Origin: Massalongia carnosa
Taxonomy: Eukaryota
Assembly: GCA_965645245.1 (NCBI GenBank)
Contig: OZ287067.1
Coordinates: 3,224,001-3,288,000, forward strand
DNA: 64,000 nt
Direction of reading: 5' to 3'
Of the stretch, positions 31,958-45,228 are shown piece after piece (the first letter of the stretch is position 1; each line of letters begins with the position of its first letter). The position numbers and the translations under genes are program-made. The notes beneath the pieces were generated by a model. It was not told the origin of the DNA and did not search any database. It saw only the letters and a list, made by a program, of their open reading frames with translations.

Positions 31958-33934
31958 TCTTCTTATATGATGGAAGGATGTTTACGGTATACCCTCGAGA
32001 TGGTCTAACCATTGTCGACCTACCAACGCACTTTTCTCCTACACTGCAGAAACCGGGAGCACACGTGCGCAATACACTTCCAGCATCCTAAGATACAGAT
32101 GCTTAAGAGCCATCAATTACAGGCTATACTCGAAATGGAGACCTCTCCATTCATCCAAAGCCACCATCGTGATTCAAATCAGGCGTTGGTGCCATAAATC
32201 TACCAACCTTCTCGACTGCACTAGCCTGGGCAATCTACGGGAAACCGTACCCAGCAACGGCTGAAGTTGTTGGTGCATGAAGACAATCCAGGAGTACCCA
32301 CCTTCTATCATCTACATCACTACGTCCTCGCTCTCTAAAAATCTCTTAAATTCACCGAGGACCTTCAAAAAGTACTTTCAGCGGGCAGTCTACCCTCGAC
32401 GGGAACTTTCCCTCTTCTTAACCTATAATCGGCTAAACCATAGCTCTTAAAATCCCTAGCACAGTGTCCTTCGCTTCATCGCTCAAATGCCGCGTAATAC
32501 CACTCGAATTCTACCAAGCGCAAACAAAGCAAAGCAAAGCAAAGCAGAGCATACCTATCTTGAAGCCACAACATTATCATTCTTGTAAGGCCCCTGTCCG
32601 CTACGCAAATTCCCACCTCCCCTTATTAAAACCCCACATTTCTAACACCCTTAATTCGATAGGAAACTCTATTTGTGTTTCACTCTTAACTCAAATCCCT
32701 CAAAGTCCCCTACATCCTCCACCACAAACCATCTTACCCCCAGCAAATCTCAGGGAACTTACCAAAAAGCAAGCACATTTCATCTATACCTTCCTGCTCG
32801 CGGAGAGACAGTAAGGGAGGAGGGAGAATGCAGATGGACGGACGGGCGGAGGAGTACCTAGAAGGATAGGCCGACTTGCGGGAAAAGCCATATACGGATC
32901 GGATTTGGGGGGGGCCTGAAGGGCTATAGGTAGATGAAGATATCCCTTAGTGATTCCCTCCCCTACAGTCTCGACCTTTTCTGGGATACAGACCTTTTCA
33001 TAATCCCCCACCCCTCCGTCCAAATCAACCTTTACAGATCAAAAGCATTGGAAACCTTGGTCGCAACCCCCACCCCTTTCCCCCGTACAAATCTCATCAG
33101 CCAAGCTCCTGCTTTTCATTCGTCATCCTCGTGCCTACCTATTTGTTTGTTTCCTTCAACATCTATCCATCCACCCACCTATCACAACTCACGCTCCCCC
33201 CCCACCTAAAACCAAGAACGGACCTGCCTATCCATATCCATCCATCACCCAAAAATCCCACTTCGTGGCTCCGTTGTATCCGCGCACTAGACCTTGCCAT
33301 TGGGAGATTGGGCGGTTTGTTTACATATTAGGTATGTGTAGATAGATATATGAAAGGGGGGGGGGGGTGGATTGTGAGGGATTATGATACTCGTGCACGG
33401 TAGTTACAGTAGTAGTAGTAGGTGGGTTAGGCTGAGGAGTCCCACCCGGTCATTCATATTAGTTACTCAATTCACAGAGTTAGCGGGAAAAAATGCGTCA
33501 TGGTGAAATTTCCCCAAAGATTCTCATTTTATTTATCTTTCTACCTCTAAGCTACCTTCTTCCCAGAAGATTCCCTACTTCCCGGTCTCGCATTACACCG
33601 GCCATTTCCAGCAAAAGCACGGTGAAATCGCATAACATCCAATTTGTTCGCTCCCTCTCCTGCCCAAATCAAACGGCCCAAACTCCCAAAGACTTTATGC
33701 CCTGTCGCCATTTCCCGAGCCCTGTGCTATGCTGTGCAAATCCATTGGAAATAGAGAAAGGAATGAAACGCTAGTGAGAGGGAATGTACAAGGAACCTCA
33801 ATCCCACCTTTTCAAAAAGGTGTCCATCTGCCCCTCTCTAGATTCCGAGAACTCGTCTCGGAGAGACAGGAAATATGTTGCGCTTTGCGAAAATGATGTA
33901 TGCTGGAGAAAAACAGGAGAAAAGGAAGGTAGAT

Positions 33935-35272
33935 CTACCACCTTCCAAGAGAATGACCGCGGCGAACATGACCTTGACGGAACTTGGCGCTGCGCTTCGA
34001 GCCTGCCATAACCATGTACCCGCCCTGGCAGACTGTTCCGGAAGCGACGGAGACGAAGGTGACATGGCCAGTAGCATCACAGGTGCCGATTTGCTTGCCA
34101 TCGGGCGAGCAGATAGACTTGCCGGCGGAGCACAAGGGCCCAGCGGAACTGTTACCGCTAGCGCTGCTGCCAGTGTTGCTTGCGCCGGCAGCGACGGGTG
34201 CGACCGGAGCCGCAGGAACAGGAATTGATACTGAAGCAGGGATGGATGGAGCGGCTGGAGCGGAGGCTGGTGGGGATGCGACAGGAGAAGCGACAGGTGC
34301 TGCGCCCAAGTTAGAGCTGCTACCTGCGCTATTAGGCAACGCTGGGGAAGCGGCGGGAGCTGTGGCAGTAGGAGAGTAAGTAGGCGTGGAAGCAATAGAG
34401 GAAGCGACTGGGGATGCTACAGGGGCAGCGCCTGCGTTCGGACTGCTACCTGCGCTCCCTGGTACTGCTGGTGCAGCGGCGTTGGATTCGTCGGACCCGC
34501 CTGCTGGCGATGCTGAGGCTGCGCCGCATGAGCCGCCTATCGGCGCGCTTGGATTGACCTGGCCGCCTACGATGAGCGATGAACCTGGATTTGGATAAGT
34601 GACATCTTTGTTATCGGCTGTAGCGCAATCATCGTGCCCTATGTTCTTAATGTTTGCGATGAACATATCAGGGAAAGAGTCCGCTCGCTTGATATGTAAT
34701 GATTCTCTTAGGCTCCTCTTCTTGCCAGTGGTGACGGTAATTGGCGCGCAGTTCATGTACATTTCGCGCGTGCCAATCTTATTATGCCACGTCCATGCGA
34801 AGGTATAGTCTCCAGGTTTGACGCCGTCCGGAATGGTAAATGGAAATGATCCGAGTCCTTTTGCGGGTATGGTAGGGTTTGCGGAGTGCTCCTCGAGATT
34901 CCCTGGCTCGCTAGTTGGGCAACCGCCTTCTATGGAATGGATGACGAAGAACTTGGAATCCTTAGTTGGGCGCTTGTCTGTGGTGAGCGAGATTTGACAG
35001 GAGCCACCGCCATGCGTGGCTGTATCGCCTGGGTTGAAGACGAGTGTTTGGGGAGCCCCTATTGCCATTATGGTGGATGGGGGAATCCCGTTGTCGTATA
35101 CTCCCAGGGTATTGTGACATGGATAGTCTGTGCCTTGGTTGTTCAGAGGTGATTTGATCTGGTCAGAGATGTTATGACCGTATGGTAATGGTGATACGAT
35201 GCTCATGTGCGCGTCGACCAAGGAAGCTAAAGCGATGACCGCGGCCATGACGTTGATTTTGGTGAAAGCCAT
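33935..35272 (-). CDS. AA11 lytic polysaccharide monooxygenase with Ala/Pro/Ser linker and C-terminal 4-Cys module
   Basis: True start at ATG 35272: signal peptide MAFTKINVMAAVIALASLVDA then His1 (HMSIVSP). Motifs ATHGGGSCQISLT, VIHSIEGGCP and FAWTWHNKIGTREMYMNCA. Tail C..C.PDG...GTC...GTVC. Confidence 0.9.
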   Translation of the reverse strand: MAFTKINVMAAVIALASLVDAHMSIVSPLPYGHNISDQIKSPLNNQGTDYPCHNTLGVYDNGIPPSTIMAIGAPQTLVFNPGDTATHGGGSCQISLTTDKRPTKDSKFFVIHSIEGGCPTSEPGNLEEHSANPTIPAKGLGSFPFTIPDGVKPGDYTFAWTWHNKIGTREMYMNCAPITVTTGKKRSLRESLHIKRADSFPDMFIANIKNIGHDDCATADNKDVTYPNPGSSLIVGGQVNPSAPIGGSCGAASASPAGGSDESNAAAPAVPGSAGSSPNAGAAPVASPVASSIASTPTYSPTATAPAASPALPNSAGSSSNLGAAPVASPVASPPASAPAAPSIPASVSIPVPAAPVAPVAAGASNTGSSASGNSSAGPLCSAGKSICSPDGKQIGTCDATGHVTFVSVASGTVCQGGYMVMAGSKRSAKFRQGHVRRGHSLGRW

Positions 35273-37293
35273 GATGCTGTGTGTAGATCTTGCCTGGAAA
35301 TCTGGAAGTATGAAGATCTTCGTCTCGGACAAGCGCTTGTATACTGTAGCTGTGGATCGACTGATGGCTATCTGTGAGTGAGTGTAAGAAAGAGTAAGAT
35401 AATGTGGGTAGATATGAAGAGAGAAAATCTTGATGATGAAAATGCGGGTATTTAAAGATAGAGTGCCTTTAATGAAATGTAGTTCTAGAAGATCGGAGAA
35501 TCCACAATAGGACAAAATCCACAATAGGACAAAGGACACAGACAATAGCATGTGCTAAGACAAAGGCGTACAATGAATATATATTTTTTCCTTTGTGCTC
35601 TCAATAGCAACGGGAGATGAAAAGTAGTTTAAAACAAGCAAGAAAAGGAAAGCAATACCTATTGATCGTGACAATCACAAACGTCACCGTTCTGGAATGA
35701 GTCGTGTAAGGGTCTTTGTACAGTGTTGAAGGATAGTCGGTCCGCACCAGGCGTGACAAAAAAACAACGGAAGGAGAATGAAACGAGGTCTAGCCTAGAA
35801 ATGCTCAAAGTACTGTGGATGGGAACGTTGGAGAAAGTGTGAAGGAGGAAAAGAGATTATTATATATCATATTGCCAGACTCTTATTCCTGGATTCCCAG
35901 TGTCACCCGATTTTCCTCAGGGGCCTTTACCTCAGGTTAGAAATAACACACGCGGTTATTGGAGGAGCGGCCGCCGTATGGTAGATCTAACAGCTAGCTG
36001 TGCAAGGCCTTTCCTATAAACAGGAGGAGTCGGCTGATTGATTGAGAGCTCTATAGCGGCGCTTGTAGCCATAGCGCAGAGGAACTGCATGACGATTGGG
36101 GCACCTGCATGGATGACTTGGCAGCATATAACAACCAAAGAAAGCCCAGCGGCAGCATCATGCAGAAACCCATCTAAGTGAGAAGCTTGGAGAAGCTTGC
36201 CCAGGATGGAACATGGTGATTCAGAACCAAGATGATGAAAGCATTTCAGTGGGTGAAGGAAGAAAAAGCGTTATGGAAGTGAATCGTCAGGCCGGCCAAT
36301 GACGACGTGCCACCCGGATGGCTGACTAGGAAGGAATCCACTAACATCGCTTAGAATAGCGCCCGAGGAGAGACCAACTGCTCTAGGTTAGCTTAGTGAT
36401 TTAGTAGCTCTCTTGCAGCAGCCACTCTAGCCACATAACATTCCCTGAAACACGTTTCACCATGTGTTGTTTCCTCGCACCAACCACGCGAGTCCAGGCT
36501 CTGGCCTCCTGTTATGGATCCTCCCAAAGAGGCCCCACTCGTGACGAGTCATGAATGAAACTCCTCACCAGCATGATCTGGCACCGGACTTTTCAGAGCG
36601 CGCACTGTTTTAAGAACGCGAAGCTGAACTTGGTCTAGAGAACGTCGGGATGCTGATGCAGGCCAGTAACTTGGATGTGTCTATACAACTCCCAAACCCA
36701 TCCGACGGCAATCAATGCTCCATACACAAAATAAGAAATCTACGCCATAGGGAGCTAGTGATCATTCTGTGGTTGATGGGCATTATGATGAAGCATGGCA
36801 ATCCGAAGTTTCCTAAATCATCTACCCCCACCCCGTGTATATGTTACCTTAGATCCCACGTCTTGCTGTTGTTTACCCAATACTCGTACAGTATTCACCC
36901 CCATTTGTGACACATTAGAATTTACAGCAAAACGACTCATAGTATTAAAGGATTGGGAATACGACCTACTCTCAGATACAAGGGTACTTACTAATCAGCG
37001 TCATGCAAATGGGGGTGAATACGAGTAGCTAACGAGTATATTAGTGTAATATGTCAACTCTTTCTAGTAAGAAAAACCTGGCACCTACAATAATATTACC
37101 ATTGTTAAAGTTACTAAACTACTCATAAAGAAGTTATAATGTTCCTAGTAGATAGAAATCCAATTTTGGTATGCGGCATCGAAGACTTCTTCGATCTGCC
37201 CTGATGATCATCTAAATATAAACATTACTAACTTCGAGCTGGGAGTTGTACCCTGGATCCCTAAACTCCGTTTTTGGATATTATCAGACGGCC

Positions 37294-40200
37294 TCATCCC
37301 TCATGCAAAACGACGAAAGGCCTTCTCTCAATCCCAATATGTGGTTCCCCATCTGTTCCCACGAACTTTCCATATCCAAACCTCCAGTCTTCTTGCCATC
37401 CATTTGCCGCAGCTCTTTCCGCAACCAGGCCGCTTCCTTCAAAGAGCTGGAATATGCTCGCGACCGTGTTTGGTAAACGTGAGAGCCTTACCTTGGGTCT
37501 CTTGGTGTAATAGGCTATCGCAATAATTATGTTGAAAAACAGAAGGGTTACCGCGATGACAAACATTGACCGAGACATGAAGACGCGAGACTCTGGAACG
37601 AGTATTTTCCCTTCTATCAGTGAATCAGGGGGGCCAGAACTAAACCATTCAAGATGAAGGCCTAGAATAATCGCAAAGAGACGACTGTACATGTCTTCGA
37701 CTACAGGGCCGATAAATTCGAAGCTCGGAACAGGTAGAGCTGGATCTACAGGATCTGTGGAGTTTGTCAGGGTCTTGACGAAGTAGCCGAACCAGTTGTC
37801 CGCAAAAGTGTCATTATGCCAGTACGGCTGCGTATCCTTAAGAGAGAGGAGTTTGGTTATGAAGCCGAGAAGGCTGGTTGAACTTAGGTCATTACCGAGA
37901 AATTGAGATTGATCGGTGATGTAAGGTGCCTTGCGTGTGTAATTTTGAACATTACCTTTCTGATCGACCAGAACTTCGTATGGAGCCACGTGAAGGGTGG
38001 GTTGACAAGCTAACCAGAGAGAGGAAGAAACTTTGTGGTCAAGGATCGTGAGTGGTGGCCCTCCATCATTCAGGTTAAAGTCGGTCTTGATATTGTCCTC
38101 TAGTACGGTCAGGTTTGCCCTAATAAAACCTGCGATGATAGTGCTTTCGCAAATTTCACCATCTTCTTTGGTCGTATTTAAACCAAGAGGCTGAACACCC
38201 TGAAACACCTCTAGCGAAGCAGCAGATTTGTTTTGACCACCAACGGCGGCGTGGATATGACCGCATGTTACATTACGCCCCGAAGAGCTTTGCTGAGTCA
38301 GATTCCAAGCTTCATCGTGACCTAAAATGAAGGCGTTGGTGTCAAGACTGACTGGACGACATCGAAGGTCGACGCCAAAGCCATGTGTTACTGCTTTGTA
38401 CGATTGTATTTCTCCGTATGCTCCAGAAAAGTTCAGAGAGAATGGAAGAAAGAACATATCTCGAGCCACCCATGCAGGACGGTTAGCTTTTTTACTGAAA
38501 TTAGCCTGTGCAGCATACATATGATCCGAGCCTGGATACTCATCGGTTGTGTTGCTAAGAATGGGCAGGTACTGCATGGTGAAAGATCCATTGTATTCCA
38601 TAGGGATGATGTCGGTTGTTAGCAGCCCGCTGAAAGCCACGGCTAATAGGTTAGCTGATATCCCAACAGCACATACTGCTGCGAGTAGGTAGTGACGACC
38701 TTGCAAAGCCCTCCAGACCACCAGTTGTGGTGGCAGCGATGTATATCTGACATCCACCGAAGTAGAAGCCTTAGCATGACCAGTCCGAAGCGACTCAAAA
38801 GGCTGCAAAACGCAGATTAACCGATTTAGTAGTATCCAAATAGGTTCAATAAACGCAGCAAATATAATAGGGATATAGTTCAGAAGGAGTTGCGTGACCG
38901 CTGGGATTCTAGAAGGCAGAGGCAAGCCATGCCTGGTTCTCATGCTAACTTCCAAAACCACCAAGGTTATGATCGCAAATAAGAGCACCGTGATAAATCC
39001 CAAGCCCAGTGGAAGTCGCATTTCAAGAGGTCGAATGAGATTTTCGGTGCATACTATCTGTTTAGTAGGGTTGGCGGTAGCAGGAAAATCGTTTTTCGGA
39101 GGACGGTAAGCTGGGTTTGTCATTGGTTGTTCTTGACAAGTGCTTTTTGTATTGACATGGAACTTCCCCGAGATAATGCTTATGCGAAGCTCATCACCAG
39201 CACCACCAACAGCATCGTGTGTCTGCTTGAGAGACAGAGCATCTGGTGTAATCATACTCATGATGTCTGTGAGGGAAGCGGGATCCTTGAGAAGCCCGCT
39301 TCCACGAGACCAGGAGAGGTATAGCAAAGCTAGAGCAAAGACAACGACGAGGCCAAGGGAAATTTCCACGATCAGAGCAAGAATGCGAACAATAACAACA
39401 GTGTTCACGACGCCATTCACAAGTCCCATTCTTGGATCTGCATTTGACACGTCAGTGGAGAGCAGACTCGCAAACGCTATCGCGAAGAGTAGTTTGTGGG
39501 CACGTTCGAAGCTAGAGGCAAGAATACTGGCATTTAAGTACTCCTCTGGATCTAGGTTGTTGCCTCCCATAGCAAAACCTACCATATTAGTATCCGTGGG
39601 AATATCAATTCCCAGTTTCAAGAGCTGAGGCTTTTGATCTATAACCGAGACGGTATCAGAGATATCAGCCCTTGCGTTTCTGATCGAGCTCCCTGTGCCG
39701 AGCATGTATTCAAAATTTGTGATGTTAAGACTGTCTTGCGTTACCTGTTCAGGCTCGGCTAAGGGTACAATATTCGACACGGACATGCTAGGTATCTCCA
39801 CGGTCGCATTGACATGTTGAGACCAGTAAGTTGGTTCGCAGAAAAGTGCGGTGACATTGACGCTCGAACCCCACACAGCTAAAAACGTGTGAGAGTTATT
39901 CGCTTCGGCACAACCCCTCCCAGCCAGTGACCAATCGTTATAGTCCAAGTAGTAGCTGATGTATACACCCCCAAATCGGGAGTTACCAAGTTCTCCTATA
40001 TAGGAAGGTTTACAGCCTTTTCCGTTGTCATAGACTTTGCCGTCCGGTGCATCGTGGATCGCAGCGACTTTACAGTCCAATGTTGTCGTGTACATGGTGG
40101 TAGTTGATGTCCAAGTCACGTTTTTCAAATTCGAAGAGCGTCCCTCATCTATCTTGAAAGGTAAAATTGCACTGTCGGTAGTCGTAAATGCTGGTAATTT

Positions 40201-40984
40201 TTGACCATGCCATAACGATCCGTAGGCAGTCATCATGAAGCCGGTATTCAAAAGAGTGAACTGGTCTTGCATAGGTGCTAAGACAGCGGTTGTTTTGGCT
40301 TGGGTAACAATACTCCGATGCACGATTGTTTTAGCAAAGATTGCGCCGATCAGTGGAGTTACTCCCACTAAGAGTGTCATTGTGGTAACTCCAGCGAATA
40401 CTACCGACCAATGTCTCAATGTATATGTTAGCGGATGGCGATATCTGTAACTTCACAGCGCGTGCTACCTTTTCCTGAGCGCCTTTATTGGAGCAAGGGG
40501 CAAGAAGTCGAACGGGTAGTGAAGTCCTGCACTTTCTTTGAAACCTGCTCCCTCAGTTTTCGACATCTGAAAGTAAGGCTCAAGCCGCTTAGCATCAAGG
40601 TCGATCCAGCTCCATAGCATGCTATAGAATACCGCTACTATTGTCGGGAGATATAGATAGCTGAAGGTTGTGAACGACGAAAACTCATGCTCTACAAAGA
40701 CAATACCGCCATCTCGCTGACTGACTCGCGAATAATATTCGAGAGTGATTATTAAGATTAAGGTAAAGATACTGATACTTAAGAGCATGGGAGCTTTCAA
40801 GGTGGTGGGTTTCCATGATGGTTTGGTGGTTTCTAGTAACTGGTCAATATTCGTGCAAACATGAAAGATGTAGAACCCAACGTTGACTAAATTGTTCCTT
40901 CAGTACTGGGCCAGCCTTTGTTCGGGCGGAGAGGACTTCCAATCTTTCCAATAATGTCGACGTAAAGCGTGATATAAATGCCAT
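37294..40984 (-). CDS. DUF3433 multi-pass membrane protein, 3 exons
   Basis: WKPTTL, YLYLPTIVAV...WSWIDLDAKRLEPYFQMS...LHYPF, a second repeat LNRLICVLQPFESL...YTSLPPQ, and C-terminal RFGYGKFVGTDGEPHIGIER. Splicing 40984-~40882, ~40832-40469 and ~40413-37294 keeps the frame. The first exon is less certain. Confidence 0.85.
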
Positions 40985-41730
40985 GTTTTAAACCAGCTTC
41001 AAGTAACTACATTCAAGATGAACCTGAAGCGATATATGTAATGAGAAGTAACCCCTAAGAGAGTACTAAAGGAGAATGTACGATTGATATATGATGTGCG
41101 AAAAGTGGAAACATGCTTGGTACTAACATCCCTCACGAAACTAGGAGGACTTTTCTGAGACACTCTCTGGACGAGCTGAATGGGCGCATAGGTAAGTAAC
41201 CGCCTACAAGCGCCCGTACAGAAGTTCTCGTGAGTAAATCTGGTAAAGACAGCTGCTGAAGACATCCAATGCGTATAGCAGAGCCAAGACACAAGGTTTC
41301 AAGCTAACTGAAAAGGAGCAAGCAAGTGAGTGAGAAGCCATAAGAGTCCCAAACATCAGAGTGACAGCGTAGAAAGTGAATTAGGTTAGTGAACGAAATT
41401 TAGATACAAAATCCCTGCGGCCATAACACACCAAGATCGTGGCGTAGACAACCTGTGAGTCTATTGGGTAAATATTATGCCAACCTCCATATTTGTTCTA
41501 TTTTTGTAAACAAACAAACGGGATGTTACAGCGGAAGTATAACAAAGCGCCAGCGGTTAGTAGTTAAGTTAATCCTTGTCAAGTCGGTTTTAGCTGTATT
41601 AAGTTAAAGCAAGAATTAAGGGCTCCAACCCTAATACCTCGCACAGTTAGCTAATATTAACCAGCTTATCCAAACTCGACAGTATTAGCTATCACAACGA
41701 CAAATTCCCAATACGTTTTTTCCCCCAACG

Positions 41731-43019
41731 ATGGCAACACGTCCTACTGTCACCATTGCTTCGGCGGATGGCACTCCCAGTGGATCCACTCACCCTCTTC
41801 CAGCGGTGTTCAGGTCCCCAATCCGTCCTGATATCGTCCAGTATGGCTTTAGTGACAGACCTAAGAGTTACGCTGAACGCAACTAATTGAGTTCAGAATC
41901 GTTCATACGGGAATGGCAAAGAATAAGAGACAGCCATATGCTGTGAGCGAGAAAGCTGGCCATCAGACCTCTGCCGAGTCTTGGGGTACTGGTTAGTACG
42001 ACGCTTGCTAGCACAAAGTTCATCAATTGAGCTGACTCTATCCCACCAGGTCGTGCTGTGGCCCGTATACCTCGTGTTTCAGGTGGGGGAACCCATCGCG
42101 CAGGCCAGGCTGCCTTTGGCAACCAGTGCCGCTCCGGTCGTATGTTCGCCCCGACAAAGGTATGGAGGAAATGGCACCAAAAGATCAATCTTGGGCAGAA
42201 GTATGCAACCAAGTCTGCAATAAAAGTCATACCAAAAAAGCTAAATATCTCTCTAGACGTTTTGCAACCACCTCGGCCCTTGCTGCCTCATCAGTTCCCT
42301 CTCTTCTCCTAGCCCGCGGCCACCAAATCTCCTCCATACCCGAAGTTCCCCTTGTCATCGCCTCCTCTGCCTTCGCTTCGGCGGCTATCACCAAAACTGC
42401 TGCAGCTGTATCTCTTCTCAAAGCCGTTGGTGCTGGGCCGGATGTCGAAAAAGTGTCCAATTCTCGTAAGCTTCGTGCTGGGAAAGGGAAACTTCGAGGC
42501 CGCCGCCACCGTCAACGCCGTGGCCCTTTGATCGTCTATAGCCCTGATGAAGATGGCAAAGAGCTTGTGCGCGCGTTCCGCAATATCCCCGGGGTGGAGA
42601 CCTCGTCCGTGTATGCGCTTAATCTGTTGCAGCTCGCACCTGGGGGACATCTGGGTCGTTTTATTGTTTGGACATCCGCTGCATTCGCCGCGTTAGATAC
42701 TATATACGGCTCCACCACCATTCCTTCGGCTCTGAAGAAGGATTTTCTCCTTCCTTCGAATCTAGTTTCCAACGCGGATATCGGCCGCTTGATCAACTCC
42801 TCCGAGGTGCAAGCTGTGGTTCGCGCCGCGAAGGGAGAAGCTAGAACAAAGCGTGCGGGCGTGCAGAAGAAGAACCCGCTGAAGAACAAGCAGGTCCTGC
42901 TAAGACTGAACCCATACGCCAAAGCTTTCAGCGAGAAGGGACTCGGGCATAAAAAGTTGGAGCATGAAAAGCCCGAGAGGGCTGCGGAGACTTTTTTGAA
43001 GACTGTACTTGAGGATTAG
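41731..43019 (+). CDS. RPL4: 60S ribosomal protein L4 (uL4), 4 exons
   Basis: MATRPTVT...PIRPDIVQ|...[22 protein letters not shown]...|[11 protein letters not shown]...[10 protein letters not shown]. Introns 41841-41896, 41992-42049 and 42201-42256. Confidence 0.98.
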
Positions 43020-45228
43020 GTGGAGGGTCTTGACTGGCGGTCAAAGAGGAACAGTGGGTACTCGTAGTGAAAACATGGCAATAGCGAGGTATTCTGTAGT
43101 TCGTTGTTATGTGAATATGCGAAAGCTAGCTATGGAATATTCCGATGTCATCAAATTTCTGACCAATCATGTGCTCTTGACTTTGCGGCCAACAAATATC
43201 ATCGCCGTCTCTGACCTGAACGTCCAACCAGCAATCCCATATTTCTTCTTTACCTTACGCCTCTTTTTAAGCTTTGCAAACCAACGACGGCCCTTCATCC
43301 TCTCCATATTCTTCAAATTAGCCCCTACTTCCTTTTCGTCAAATTCTCCTATTGATTAACCCGAGGAGTGAGGAATCAAGGTCATGCTTCACTAAAGGAC
43401 AAATGATCACATTTGCCATCAGGTGCAATTCTCCCCAAAGTAAACGTGTCGAAATCGTCAGGTTAGTAAGCTGCTGTGTGAGCTGCAATATACGTAACCC
43501 TGCGACTACACAAGCTAAAGACTTTAAGCCTTATCCAAAGAGGTAGATTTCAGTCCTCTCAGGGTTGGCTAATGGGAAACTTTTTGAACAGCCGCTGCAC
43601 ACCCTCTTTATGTGTCGGTTCAGGTTTCAACGCTAGGTACCCACCTATTAAGTTCCATCTCGCATCATCATCACAAGTAGTTCTCTCCAAGGAATAAGTA
43701 TCCTTGACGGAATGTTGCTGAAATAGAGGTATAGACTTTCGTCGTCCCTCTAGCCAGAGATGTCATACACGGACTTTTCTGCAATTGTTCACCCCACCAT
43801 TCCATCACACGGATCACGTAGTAGTTGAATGAAGTCTTCGTCATTTCGTACTCTATCGTCCTCTTCAAAGTTGAGTCAGATTGATCTCGTGAAAAACAGT
43901 GAACAAAGTTTCCATCTCATTGCTTGAACTTGCCGTTTCGACAATTGAATGATTATTTTAGGAGTCACTGCTGTGAAGGAACGACCGTAGAAAAGACTGC
44001 GTATGGCAAGCGGACGCCAAAAGTGTGGCATAAAGTCTTTGCCTCTGCTGGAAATAAGCTGACACCAGCCTATCTTTGGATGCCTGTGAGAATACGCAAT
44101 TGTTAATTAATATCCGTGCAGTTAAAGGCTATTGACCGCTAGTTCGTCACCAACCAAGTCAGTTTTGCACTCTGGTCTGATATTCATTACGGAGTACTTG
44201 AATTAAGATTCTGACTCGATTAGTCAAGCGGAACGAGGATTTTCCGAAACATTTCTAAGCAGCTGCAACGGCATCTTCAATAGTTATTTGATCAAATTTG
44301 GCCCATTAAATAGCCACAATATGACGTCATGATAATAATTATGACTCGACTCGGCGCGAGATATTCATCTATTCACTTACCGACTGACTTCCCTCATACG
44401 ATTTAGTACGGTGGTAATAGTGGTAGACCAGGGTGATCCAAGTGCACTTCGAAATGTTTAAAGTTATGACATGGTGCCTTGACATGATGGCTGCATAGAG
44501 GGCCCCGTCTTTTCTTCCTAGTAAACCGTCAGCCAAGGCCTCTCCGCCGGCACTATCGCGAATGATTCTGAAATGCGGATCAAAGTTCCTTCAATGGAAG
44601 TCACCGATAGGAGGAGTCCTTTCTAATCTATTCACTGGCTTAGGCATGAAGTTGGCTCGGATTTCCCCGGATTTTATTGGAACCAAAATCACATCCGGCA
44701 AATCACCATCATACAGAAACCCATAGGGTCTTGGTGGTAGTGGTCTTGGTCACTCTGTTCTGTTCAAAACAACTGTTGATCTAAATGAATTATGCTAATC
44801 GTCCCGCTTTTCATCTTTCTCCCTTCTCTAGAACATGGTGGATAACAACTTCTTCAACGCCTAGCGGACGCTCGTTTTTCAGCACGGTCTTCAGCCGAAA
44901 TCGTCCCGGAGCTGATTAGTAACCCTACGTCACTCTCTGCACACGGCTTACGTAGCTAACTTAGAGAGGCTTACTGTGTACGAAGTAGATGATCCTTCAA
45001 CGATATCACTTTTTCATGCACACTATGAAGCCATGGCGTTCCTTGCCAAATGCGCCGGACGTTCCATGTCCTTAGGTGGTCAAGATGCTCCGGGAAAAGA
45101 GAGAGACGCAATGCTATGCCGTTGCTGTGTTGATATAAGAACAAAACGTTTCCTTCCATCCTTTGTTCAATTTCAATATTACCACAGATCAGTTTCTATC
45201 CGGCCGATATCAATTTCGTTCTTGCATC

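Noticed and set aside
35273..35551. 93-aa N-terminal extension of the AA11 ORF in the ORF track
   Set aside because: The signal peptide and His1 require the start at ATG 35272; the upstream frame is most likely a stop-free 5' UTR.
44321..44330. ATGACGTCAT CRE/ATF-like palindrome upstream of the beta-propeller gene
   Set aside because: A single short motif ~900 bp upstream; not supportable without conservation or binding data.
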